Source: Bacillota bacterium (lineage in GTDB: Bacteria > Bacillota > Sulfobacillia > JABLXB01). Taken from it: a stretch of DNA of 37,942 nt. Below the pieces are notes generated by a model, which was not told the origin of the DNA, ran no database searches, and worked only from the letters and a program-made list of their open reading frames with translations. Positions 26,574 through 34,810 of this stretch are shown here, piece after piece. The stretch covers positions 1 through 37,942 of the forward strand of contig JAHDPS010000002.1 of assembly GCA_018434225.1 (NCBI GenBank), given 5' to 3'. The translations under genes were made by a program, and so were the position numbers. Within the stretch, counting starts at the first letter, position 1. Every line of letters begins with the position of its first letter.

Positions 26574-26932
26574 AATGCCGCACCTCCCATGCAATCCTCC
26601 ACGCGCACGTGGCGCTCGCGGCCGTCTTCGATTCCCTTCAATCCAAGGATCATGGTTTCGAGGATAGCCTGCGCCAGATCCCACCGGGCCGCCGCGTGGC
26701 GCGGGTCCGGCGGGGAAATCTCCGCTTCGATGAGGGCCTCGCCGGTGGTCTTCCGCACCGCACATCCCGCCACGGCGGTCACCCCTTCGAGTCCGGTCTG
26801 GACCACGGCCGAGACGGCCGCGCATACTATGTCTCGACCTGCGGGGGCGAACCCCGAGTGGCCGGATACGCGGATTCCGACAATCTCCCCCCGCGTATCC
26901 CTCGTTACTCTGATTTCAATCATATCTGGCAT
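26570..26932 (-). CDS. prp: Ribosomal-processing cysteine protease Prp (YsxB)
   Basis: [32 protein letters not shown] carries the conserved GH...DIVCAAVS catalytic dyad region. It sits between rplU and rpmA. Confidence 0.9.
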   Translation of the reverse strand: MPDMIEIRVTRDTRGEIVGIRVSGHSGFAPAGRDIVCAAVSAVVQTGLEGVTAVAGCAVRKTTGEALIEAEISPPDPRHAAARWDLAQAILETMILGLKGIEDGRERHVRVEDCMGGAAL

Positions 26933-27020
26933 ATCCGGGTTCCATATTCCGGTTCAATCGTATCCCAGCCCGCGCACCCGAGTAGTCGTCGGAACGCCGT
27001 CGCAGCCTCGCGTCAGCGGC

Positions 27021-27338
27021 CTACGGGAGAACGATCTTCTCGACTACTATCTGCGTAAACGGCTGCCTGTGGCCGTAACGCTTCCGGTAGTTGACCTTGT
27101 GCTTGTAATGGAACACCAGTATCTTCCTGTATTTCGCTTGCCGCTCGACCCTCGCTACTACCTTCGCTCCCTCGATGAACGGGGTGCCCACGAGAGCATC
27201 CCCGTCGTCCTTACCGATATACAGCACTCTATTGAACTCCACTGGTTCGCGCGCGGGAACGTCGAGCTTCTCGACCTGGATGCGGTCTCCCTCGGAAACG
27301 CGGTATTGCTTACCGCCTGTCTCCAGGATAGCGTACAT
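27021..27338 (-). CDS. rplU: 50S ribosomal protein L21
   Basis: MYAILETGGKQYRVSEGDRIQVEKLDV...HYKHKVNYRKRYGHRQPFTQIVVEKI. Confidence 0.97.
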   Translation of the reverse strand: MYAILETGGKQYRVSEGDRIQVEKLDVPAREPVEFNRVLYIGKDDGDALVGTPFIEGAKVVARVERQAKYRKILVFHYKHKVNYRKRYGHRQPFTQIVVEKIVLP

Positions 27339-27441
27339 TAAACTGTCACCCCTACGTTAAGACTCGCCGGCGCAGGGTGGGCCGAGTACGACCTCTTATG
27401 ACCCTTACCGTGCGGTTGCGCAGGCACAATGCCGCCAGTCA

Positions 27442-27470
27442 ATCCTAGCATGCTCTATATTCCATGTCAA
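27442..27470 (-). promoter_or_regulatory. Sigma-A promoter of the rplU-prp-rpmA operon
   Basis: The reverse strand reads TTGACA (27470-27465), a 17-nt spacer, then TAGGAT (27447-27442). This leaves a leader of roughly 95 nt before the rplU ATG. Confidence 0.65.
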
Positions 27471-27728
27471 GCAAGGCTCCGACACGTGTGTGATCGGACA
27501 TAGATAGCATTCACTCCTGTACGGGCGTCGCCGTGTGAGTCGTCATCAAGTGCATTATCTGCCGCCTCCCGGCCGATCCGTGCGCCACAGCACGCATCGA
27601 GCAATAGATGTCTGCGCAACGTAGCCTGTGCGAGCATTGAAGGGGCAGGTGCTGGTAGCCGTATGATAGCACCTACCTGATAGCGTCATCATTCGCGACC
27701 CTCAAGCGAATTCCACAACTAAAGACTG

Positions 27729-27759
27729 TTGACATTGACCCTGGGTCAACCCTTAAACT
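27729..27759 (+). promoter_or_regulatory. MerR-type promoter/operator (19-bp spacer with perfect dyad)
   Basis: TTGACA is at 27729-27734, followed by a 19-nt spacer containing TTGACCC-T-GGGTCAA (27735-27749), then TAAACT at 27754-27759. It lies directly upstream of the MerR-family gene. Confidence 0.8.
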
Positions 27760-27788
27760 GGAATCGCACCGGTGCGAAGGGGAGAACA

Positions 27789-28598
27789 ATGTATACCATC
27801 GGCCAGTTCTCGAGGATATGCCGCGTCACCGTCAAGGCGCTACGGCACTACGAAAAAGTGGGGCTGATCGCCCCCGCCAGGGTGGAACCGGGGAACCAGT
27901 ACCGCTACTATACGCGGGAACAGGTAGACGTGGTTGCCGCCATCACCCACATGAAGGAACTGGGTTTTTCTCTGAAAGCGATCAAGCAGATCGTGAACCA
28001 GGACCCCGGGTCCGATGGAATGCGGGATATACTGACGCAGCAGCGGCGTCTCCTGATGGACCAGATCCATCTTCACAGCAGCCGGCTCACGAGACTGGCC
28101 TGGTGGCAACGAACACTGGAGGCGAGAGAAATGACGGAACCGAGGAAGTACGAGGTGGCCATCAAGGAAGTGCCTGCGGTGCAGGTGTACTCCATTAGAA
28201 AGGTGCTGACGGATTTCCCGAAAGACTTGACGCCCCTGTTTCTGAAGGCCCTTGACGAACTCCAGTCCAAGGGCGGGGTGTGCGCCGGACCGCCGATCAC
28301 GGTGTACTACGACGAGAGTTTCGACGCGGCGAGGGTGGATGTGGGGGTAGCATGGCCGGTCAGTGACACGGCCCATGCGAACGGCACGCTGGCTGCGGTG
28401 ACGGCCGCAACGGTAATGCACGTTGGGCCGTACACCGACCTGGAGCACGCGTACGAGGCCCTGTACGGCTGGATAAACAAAAACGGTTACCGGGCGCTCA
28501 CCCCTATGAGGGAGATCAATTACAATGACCCGAGGGTCACGCCGCCCGACCAGCTCGTCAGCGAGGTCATAGTGCCGATAGAAAAGGTCGGGACTTGA
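27789..28598 (+). CDS. MerR-family transcriptional regulator with GyrI-like (BmrR-type) effector-binding domain
   Basis: The wHTH is MYTIGQFSRICRVTVKALRHYEKVGLIAPARVEPGNQYRYYT. The C-terminal GyrI-like fold contains VAIKEVPAVQVYSIRK...HVGPYTDLEHAYEALYGWINKNGY. ATG 27789 has an AAGGGGAG RBS. The track start TTG 27729 is actually the -35 box. Confidence 0.9.
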   Translation: MYTIGQFSRICRVTVKALRHYEKVGLIAPARVEPGNQYRYYTREQVDVVAAITHMKELGFSLKAIKQIVNQDPGSDGMRDILTQQRRLLMDQIHLHSSRLTRLAWWQRTLEAREMTEPRKYEVAIKEVPAVQVYSIRKVLTDFPKDLTPLFLKALDELQSKGGVCAGPPITVYYDESFDAARVDVGVAWPVSDTAHANGTLAAVTAATVMHVGPYTDLEHAYEALYGWINKNGYRALTPMREINYNDPRVTPPDQLVSEVIVPIEKVGT

Positions 28599-28648
28599 TG
28601 GGGATCGCCCCGGGGATTCCCCTGTGGGGATCCTTCCGTGGATACTCT

Positions 28649-28675
28649 GGACCCCGCCGGTCGGCGGCGGGGTCC
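28649..28675. terminator. Bidirectional terminator hairpin between the MerR gene and rng
   Basis: The stem is a perfect 11 bp, GGACCCCGCCG-gtcgg-CGGCGGGGTCC, between convergent stops. Confidence 0.6.
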
Positions 28676-28689
28676 TCCCATGATGAACT

Positions 28690-30402
28690 TCACTTTCCGA
28701 CTATCTTGGCCTTGGCGTAAGTCCTGAACGCCTTCGTCACCTGGATCTCGACCTTCTCGCCCACCATGTTGCCGGCACCCTCGATATCGATCACGTATCC
28801 TTCCAGGCGCCCGATGCCGTCCCACGGGTTGGAGGCGTGCGGTTCCTCCACCTTGATCTCCAGCCTGTCGCCCACCTTGACTGGAAGCGCCTTCGCCTCC
28901 ACTTCGTCCCTGGAACCGAGCGAACGGAGGTTGATGCTCTCGACGTGCAGATTGGACACCCCGCGGATGTAAACTGTCTTGCCTGTTTCCTTTTCCAGTT
29001 CCTTCAGGTTCGCGCCGCCCGAACCGATGAGCACGGCGGCCACCGTCGGATGCACCTCGAGAAGGGCCGCTTCGCTCGCCGAGTGCTTCAGTATACGGCG
29101 CACTTCCTTCCTCACCTTGGAGGCCATAGTCGCCTCGGACAACACGCGCGCCCTTCCCTGACAATACGGGCAGGGCTGTTCGAGCATGGCGGACAATCCC
29201 TGCCGAACCTTCTTCCGGGTCATTTCCACAAGGCCGAGCTGCGTGATGCCCAGCACGCTGGTTCTCGTTCTATCCTTGCGCAGTTCGTTTTCGAGGGCCT
29301 GCACTACCTTCTGTTTATGCTCCGAGCTCTGCATGTCTATGAAGTCAACTACGATGATCCCGCCGATATCCCGCAACCTCACCTGACGCGCTATCTCCCG
29401 AGCGGCCTCCATGTTGGTCTTGAATACCGTATCCGCAAGATTGGTCGTGCCCACGTACTTGCCTGTGTTGACGTCGATGGATGTGAGAGCCTCGGTGTGG
29501 TCTATGACCAGGTAGCCTCCCGACTTGAGCCATACTTTTTTCTTCAATAGCTCCTCTATCTCTGTCTCCAGGCCGTAAAGGTCGAACAGGGTCCGATCTC
29601 TCGAGGTGAACAGGTGCACGCGCCCTTTAAGCTCGGGCGAGATCACATCTAGCAGCTCTAATATACGGTCGTATTCATGTCGCGAATCCACGTGGAGCCT
29701 GGCGACATCGGTCGAGAAAAGATCCCGCACTATCCTGTATACCAGGCCGAGGTCCTTGTGGATGAGGCTGGGGACCTGCGAGTTCTTGGCACGCGCCTGG
29801 ATCCTGCCCCAAAGGCGGAGCAGGAAGTCGAGATCCTGCCTTAGCTCGTGTTCGCTCTTCCCCTCGGCCACGGTACGCACGATCAGGCCTATGCCGGGCG
29901 CCTTCAGGCTCTCGGCCATCTTCCGCAGCCGGTCCCTTTCCGGATCCCCTTCGATCCTCCTCGACACGCCCACATAGTCAACCATCGGCATGAGCACCAG
30001 GTATCTACCGGGAAGAGTGAAATACCTGGTGACGCGGGCGCCCTTCGTTCCTATCGGCTCCTTAATGACCTGAACGAGAATCTCCTGACGGGGCTTCAGT
30101 ATATCCCTGATAGTCCTCTTGCGGATCTCCTCGCCGGGGTCGTCGTCATCGTCGCCGTTGCGCGGAACCGTAGCGTCATCGACGTACAGGAATGCGTTGC
30201 GGTCCAGGCCTATGTCCACGAACGACGCCTGCATGCCCGGGAGGACGTTCTCAACGCGGCCCTTGTAGATGTTACCCGCAATCTTCTGGGTTACCGGCCT
30301 TTCGATATATATCTCGGCGAGCACACCCTCCTCGAGCACCGCGACTCGAGTCTCATCATAGTCCACGGTAATCAGAATCTCTTTCTCCAAATCAGGTGTC
30401 AC
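28690..30402 (-). CDS. rng: Ribonuclease E/G family protein (RNase G-like) with C-terminal TRAM-like extension
   Basis: The S1 domain is GNIYKGRVENVLPGMQASFVDIG. The catalytic core contains GGYLVIDHTEALTSIDVNTG and GGIIVVDFIDM. Start is either GTG 30402 or TTG 30390, which lies 10 nt after GAGGAG. Confidence 0.92.
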   Translation of the reverse strand: MTPDLEKEILITVDYDETRVAVLEEGVLAEIYIERPVTQKIAGNIYKGRVENVLPGMQASFVDIGLDRNAFLYVDDATVPRNGDDDDDPGEEIRKRTIRDILKPRQEILVQVIKEPIGTKGARVTRYFTLPGRYLVLMPMVDYVGVSRRIEGDPERDRLRKMAESLKAPGIGLIVRTVAEGKSEHELRQDLDFLLRLWGRIQARAKNSQVPSLIHKDLGLVYRIVRDLFSTDVARLHVDSRHEYDRILELLDVISPELKGRVHLFTSRDRTLFDLYGLETEIEELLKKKVWLKSGGYLVIDHTEALTSIDVNTGKYVGTTNLADTVFKTNMEAAREIARQVRLRDIGGIIVVDFIDMQSSEHKQKVVQALENELRKDRTRTSVLGITQLGLVEMTRKKVRQGLSAMLEQPCPYCQGRARVLSEATMASKVRKEVRRILKHSASEAALLEVHPTVAAVLIGSGGANLKELEKETGKTVYIRGVSNLHVESINLRSLGSRDEVEAKALPVKVGDRLEIKVEEPHASNPWDGIGRLEGYVIDIEGAGNMVGEKVEIQVTKAFRTYAKAKIVGK

Positions 30403-30443
30403 TCCTCAGTAAGTGGGTCTTGCCCACGGGAAACCAAAGCCGT

Positions 30444-31127
30444 TCACAATATTGGGTACATCCGCTCTCCATCCATCCGGAAAAGGCCGGACCTGTGATA
30501 CCTTGCCCCCGGGAGGTCCAGCCACAGGCCCCCCATCGAATCGATCGCCCGCAATACCTCATCCGGCCTGACGCCGGCGGAACCGCCCGCGCGCAATACC
30601 ATGTCGAAGACGATGCCACCGTCGTCACCTCGCCCGTTAAGTCGCAGGACAAGCGGGCGGATATCCACGGTGTGCGTGGGCTTGCCTTCGCGCCGCCTCT
30701 CGATGGGGACGTTCCTCGAACAGAGAAACCGGTCCACCACGACGCCGGCGTCCACCATACTATTCGTAGTCGGCAAATTCGATCTGTATGCCGCCGCCCC
30801 AACCTCGGACATCGCTGACGGCCCGCCGTCTTCCATCCGCCTGGCGGAAACCACTCTGAACCCCGCAGGGAGCGATCCGTTCACATCCACCACAATCCGC
30901 TGTGGCTCTACGGGGGCCTCCGTCTCGATATCCAACACATCGTTGGAGCTCGTCGCGCCGACTGCCAGCGGCAGGGCGAAGGACATCTTGGGATGCGGAT
31001 TGAATCCCTGGGAAAACGAAAGCGGCACCCCCGCGCGGCGGAACGCGCGCGCGAACGTCCTCATTGTATCCAGGTGCGATATGAATCTCACGGGATCTCC
31101 CTTTTCAAACACCAGTCTTAATCGCAT
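30444..31127 (-). CDS. Radical-SAM-linked protein (DUF2344 / TIGR03936-like)
   Basis: RLVFEKGDPVRFISHLDTMRTFARAFRRAGVPLSFSQGFNPHPKMSFALPLAVG is the family signature as I remember it. Start is ATG 31127 or GTG 31145, both overlapping the upstream radical SAM gene. Confidence 0.8.
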   Translation of the reverse strand: MRLRLVFEKGDPVRFISHLDTMRTFARAFRRAGVPLSFSQGFNPHPKMSFALPLAVGATSSNDVLDIETEAPVEPQRIVVDVNGSLPAGFRVVSARRMEDGGPSAMSEVGAAAYRSNLPTTNSMVDAGVVVDRFLCSRNVPIERRREGKPTHTVDIRPLVLRLNGRGDDGGIVFDMVLRAGGSAGVRPDEVLRAIDSMGGLWLDLPGARYHRSGLFRMDGERMYPIL

Positions 31128-33052
31128 ACACCGCACGCCTCGCACTGGCCCGATCTGCAGTCGGGGGTGATTACGCCCTTGAACGCCCTGTCCCTCTCGC
31201 GCAGGAGGAATTCCCTCGTCAAGCGCGAGTCAATGTGTTCCCAGGGAAAAATCTCCCCATCGGGCCGAACCCTGTTCGCGTAGAACGCCGGATCGAGGCC
31301 CCTGGAACGCAGGGCGCTATGCCACAAATCCACCTTGAACTTGTCCGACCACGAGTCGAACCTGGCCCCCATCTTCCACGCATCGACCAGCGCCGCCCCC
31401 AGTCTCCTGTCGCCCCTCGCCAGAACGGCCTCTATCAGGCTGGTGCCCGGGTCGTGCCAATCGAAGCGAATCCCCGCCATCCTGAGATTGTCTCTCAACA
31501 ACGCCTGCTTGCGTTCTATCTCGGCTATGGAGTCCTGGGCTTCCCATTGGAAAGGAGTATGGGCCTTGGGGACGAACGATGACGCGCTCACGGTCAGCCT
31601 GGGACCGCCGCGCGAAGAACAGCCCCGTGACGCGCCGCGCGATGACGCGCCGCGGGATTCGCCACCACTAGATGCCCGACTGCCCCGGCCCCCCTTCACC
31701 TCCCTGTATATATGCATAACCTGTCGCGCCAGCGACGTAATTCCCTCGATATCCTCGTCGGTCTCAGTGGGCAGGCCTATCATGAAGTAGAGTTTCAGGG
31801 AATCCCATCCAGCCTCGAAGGCGGCGGTCGTGGCGTCGAACAGGTCCTTTTCGGTCAGTTGTTTGTTGATGACGTCCCTCAGGCGCTGCGTGCCCGCCTC
31901 GGGCGCGAACGTCAACCCCGATTTGCGCACCGCCCGGAGGCGCCCCGCGATCCCGACCGAAAAGGCGTCCGCCCTTAGCGACGGCAGGGAGATGTTCACG
32001 TACTTGGGGCCGATCTCCCGCGTAAGATCCATTATGACATCCTGTATGCCCCCGTAGTCGGTGCTCGACAGCGACATGAGCGAGAGTTCGTCGTGACCCG
32101 TGTTGCGCAGGATTTCTCGGGCCGCGTTCTCCACGTCAGCCATGGGACGCTCTCGCACTGGCCTGTAAATCATCCCCGCCTGGCAGAACCGGCATCCCCT
32201 GGTACAGCCCCTGAACAGCTCCACTACCGCCCTGTCGTGAACGACATCGATGAAGGGAACTATCGGCTGCAGGGGGAAGTCGGCGAGGTCCAGGTTACGC
32301 GCCACGCGCCTGGTCACTCGCTCCGGCACGGAGGCATCCAGTGGTTCAATCCCCCGCACGACGCCGTCCGGGTAGTACTCCGGGCGGTAGAAGGACGGGA
32401 CGTAGCAGCCCTCGATTCGCGCCAGGCGGATCAGGAGTTCGCGCCTGCCGGCACGCATGCCGGCGCGCGCGTCTTCGCGCCCGCCCGCGCCCGATTTCCA
32501 GTCGCGGTACGCGTCTATTATCTCGTCGATGGCTCCCTCGGCGTCCCCTATCAAGACACAGTCGAACACTTCCGCCAGTGGTTCGGGGTTCAAGGCGCAC
32601 GGGCCGCCCCCTATCACGAGCGGGTCGCCGGCGCCCCTATCCGCTGACGCGAGGGGGATGCCGGCGAGGTCTATCATGTTCAACACATTGGTGTACGTCA
32701 TCTCGTATTGCAGCGTGAACCCCACGATGTCGAACTCCCGGACGGGCGTTCGAGTTTCCAGGCTGAACAACGAAACGCCTCGTTCGCGCATGAGGTCTTC
32801 CATATCGGTCCAGGGGGCGAAAACCCGCTCGCAAGCCGCATCCTGCCTGCGGTTAAGCAGGTGGTACACGATCTTCAGCCCGAGGTGGGACATCCCCACT
32901 TCGTATACGTCGGGAAACGCGAAGGCGAAGGTAACGTCCACGTCACGATGGTCCTTGACCACCTGATTCCACTCTCCACCAGCGTATCTGGCCGGTTTTG
33001 AAACGCGTTGCAGCATACTGTCGATGTCCTGGCCCATCCGGAAATCACCCAC
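31118..33052 (-). CDS. B12-binding-domain radical SAM protein of unknown function (TIGR03960-like)
   Basis: 644 aa. The radical SAM cluster motif is FRGCTRGCRFCQAG. The gene is fused or adjacent to the DUF2344 gene. There is a Ser/Arg/Gly-rich insert (GGRGSRASSGGESRGASSRGASRGCSSRGG). Confidence 0.85.
   Translation of the reverse strand: MGDFRMGQDIDSMLQRVSKPARYAGGEWNQVVKDHRDVDVTFAFAFPDVYEVGMSHLGLKIVYHLLNRRQDAACERVFAPWTDMEDLMRERGVSLFSLETRTPVREFDIVGFTLQYEMTYTNVLNMIDLAGIPLASADRGAGDPLVIGGGPCALNPEPLAEVFDCVLIGDAEGAIDEIIDAYRDWKSGAGGREDARAGMRAGRRELLIRLARIEGCYVPSFYRPEYYPDGVVRGIEPLDASVPERVTRRVARNLDLADFPLQPIVPFIDVVHDRAVVELFRGCTRGCRFCQAGMIYRPVRERPMADVENAAREILRNTGHDELSLMSLSSTDYGGIQDVIMDLTREIGPKYVNISLPSLRADAFSVGIAGRLRAVRKSGLTFAPEAGTQRLRDVINKQLTEKDLFDATTAAFEAGWDSLKLYFMIGLPTETDEDIEGITSLARQVMHIYREVKGGRGSRASSGGESRGASSRGASRGCSSRGGPRLTVSASSFVPKAHTPFQWEAQDSIAEIERKQALLRDNLRMAGIRFDWHDPGTSLIEAVLARGDRRLGAALVDAWKMGARFDSWSDKFKVDLWHSALRSRGLDPAFYANRVRPDGEIFPWEHIDSRLTREFLLRERDRAFKGVITPDCRSGQCEACGVCD
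31628..31654. repeat. In-frame 15-nt tandem duplication inside the radical SAM gene
   Basis: TGACGCGCCGCG is at 31628-31639 and 31643-31654. It encodes the repeated SRGAS-type low-complexity insert. Confidence 0.6.
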
Positions 33053-33068
33053 TCAATTATACCCAGAT

Positions 33069-33992
33069 TCAGCCAGCATTACCATGAGTACGATCCGGTG
33101 GATCGCCTCGATCCCGAGGCCCCCCGCGGACCAGTTCTTCCAGGGTGAGGCCCCCCCGTCCCGAGAAGAAGCCGTCCAGCAACTCGGATTCCCATAGTTG
33201 ACCCACAATGTGCCCGGAATCGTTCACCACTGTGACCACGTGGTGCCTGGTCGGCGACAACCTCGGGCATATCTCCGCGACCGTCAGCGCCCCCAGGGCC
33301 ACGACCCGCTCGAGAGGCATCACGCGTTTCTTCACGAGCGCTCGCCTCTTCGCCATGAGCGCACTGACTACGAGGAATCGAGACGCCTCGATCTCGTGTC
33401 GGCCGGCGGCATAAAGGAAGAAAGCGAAGGCGAACGCGTTGGGGACCAGGTTACCGGCGAGGGCGGAGTAGACGCCCCACACCAACAGCCCCAGGGCGAC
33501 GGCCTTGCCCATCCTCGAGAGAACGGCCGTCGCGGGGGAGTAGCCAAGGGATCTCGCGACAAAGGCCCTGAGTATGCGTCCGCCGTCGAGGGGTAGAGCG
33601 GGGAGCAGGTTGAACAGGCCCAGCGACATCGTAGCGTCCAGGTAGAACGAGACCAGGTCCGTGTCGCCAAACAATCCCCTTACGGCCAGGCCCAGGCCAT
33701 ACAGGAGAAAATTATTCAGAGGCCCGGCGGTAGCAATGACCGCTTCCACAACCGGCTCGTCAGCCGGCATTCCACCCGTTTTCGCCATGCCCCCGAATGG
33801 GAATAACTCGATCCCGATGACCTCGACGCCGCACGTCCGGGCGACCAGAAGGTGGGCAAGTTCGTGAGCGATGACCACGACGCACAGGACCGCGACCTGT
33901 GGGCCCAGGCCGGCGGCGATATAGGCCGCGATCATCAGGGCGAAACAGGGGTTGAGGCGTATGGGTATGCCCGCGATAGCGAATATGCGCAC
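33069..33992 (-). CDS. Site-2 metalloprotease, SpoIVFB-like (M50 with C-terminal CBS-like domain)
   Basis: The polytopic protein carries HELAHLLVARTCG (HExxH) and NLLPALPLDGGR (the LDG motif). It is adjacent to an M23 gene, as in spoIVFA-spoIVFB. GTG start 1 nt after the upstream stop. Confidence 0.85.
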   Translation of the reverse strand: MRIFAIAGIPIRLNPCFALMIAAYIAAGLGPQVAVLCVVVIAHELAHLLVARTCGVEVIGIELFPFGGMAKTGGMPADEPVVEAVIATAGPLNNFLLYGLGLAVRGLFGDTDLVSFYLDATMSLGLFNLLPALPLDGGRILRAFVARSLGYSPATAVLSRMGKAVALGLLVWGVYSALAGNLVPNAFAFAFFLYAAGRHEIEASRFLVVSALMAKRRALVKKRVMPLERVVALGALTVAEICPRLSPTRHHVVTVVNDSGHIVGQLWESELLDGFFSGRGGLTLEELVRGGPRDRGDPPDRTHGNAG

Positions 33993-33993
33993 A

Positions 33994-34692
33994 TCAAAGG
34001 GAAGGGAGGTACTTCAACGGGTCCACCCTGCTCCCGTCCAGCAAAACCTCAAAATGAAGATGCGTGTCTCCGACGCCTGAAGGATTCCCCAGTTTGCCGA
34101 TTATATCACCCTGTTGGACCCCGCTCCTGGGAATGACGGCGACTTCAGAACAGTTGGAGTACGTGGTCTTGAGGCCCCCACCGTGGTCCACCTCGATGAC
34201 CTTGCCGTAAACCAGGCTATCGCGGACATTCATCACGACGCCGGCCGCCGCAGCCCTCACCGGCGTGCCGGCGGGAGCGCTTATATCGATCCCTTCGTGA
34301 AGGTTGTCGATCTTGGTCGACGGGTCCGTCCTCCAGCCGTACATCATCGTCAGCCGGCCGTTCACCGGCCATATCATCCTGACGGTGGATGAACCTGTCA
34401 CCGGAAACGCCAGGAAGCCCGGGGCCGACACCCCCGCGGCGGCCCGCTTCAAGACGGACAGCACGGCGGTGAAGTCGGAATCCGTCGTGAACGCCCAGCG
34501 GAACAGGGCCGTGAGCCTCGTGGCCGGCCACACGGGCATGCGGCTTGTGGTGGAAACCACAAAGAATATCGCGAGGCACACAGTCACCTTGCGGATGAAC
34601 GATGATTCCATCGAGCGGGAGACGGATGAAGCCACCCTGTGGTAATATCGTCGAGGGACGGCCCGTCTCACCCTGAACGTTCCGTAACTCAT
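33994..34692 (-). CDS. M23/LytM-family peptidase with N-terminal membrane anchor (SpoIVFA position)
   Basis: HEGIDISAPAGTPV is HxxxD, followed by VDHGGG, and DTHLHFEV is HxH. ATG 34692 is preceded by GAGGTG with a 6-nt spacer. The track start is GTG 34701. Confidence 0.85.
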   Translation of the reverse strand: MSYGTFRVRRAVPRRYYHRVASSVSRSMESSFIRKVTVCLAIFFVVSTTSRMPVWPATRLTALFRWAFTTDSDFTAVLSVLKRAAAGVSAPGFLAFPVTGSSTVRMIWPVNGRLTMMYGWRTDPSTKIDNLHEGIDISAPAGTPVRAAAAGVVMNVRDSLVYGKVIEVDHGGGLKTTYSNCSEVAVIPRSGVQQGDIIGKLGNPSGVGDTHLHFEVLLDGSRVDPLKYLPSL

Positions 34693-34810
34693 GCCCCTCA
34701 CCTCGGCGGGCGAGTTGCGGCCCCACCCGGGGTCCGCCCATACCGATCCTATTGAAGGGGACGGGACAATATTCGGGGTTGCCCACTGTAGGTCCAGTCA
34801 AATGGTCCAG

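Noticed and set aside
26418-27341. 307-aa plus-strand ORF
   Set aside because: It is antisense to the rpmA-prp-rplU operon.
27511-27555. 14-codon Thr-rich mini-ORF (MHLMTTHTATPVQE) with a GGGAGG upstream, minus strand
   Set aside because: It lies upstream of the rplU promoter rather than in its leader. It is too short to evaluate and is not linked to any threonine-related gene, so it is probably chance.
28520-29550. ORFs 28520..29164 (-) and 28837..29550 (+)
   Set aside because: They are alternate-frame or antisense reads of the RNase E/G gene and have no independent signals.
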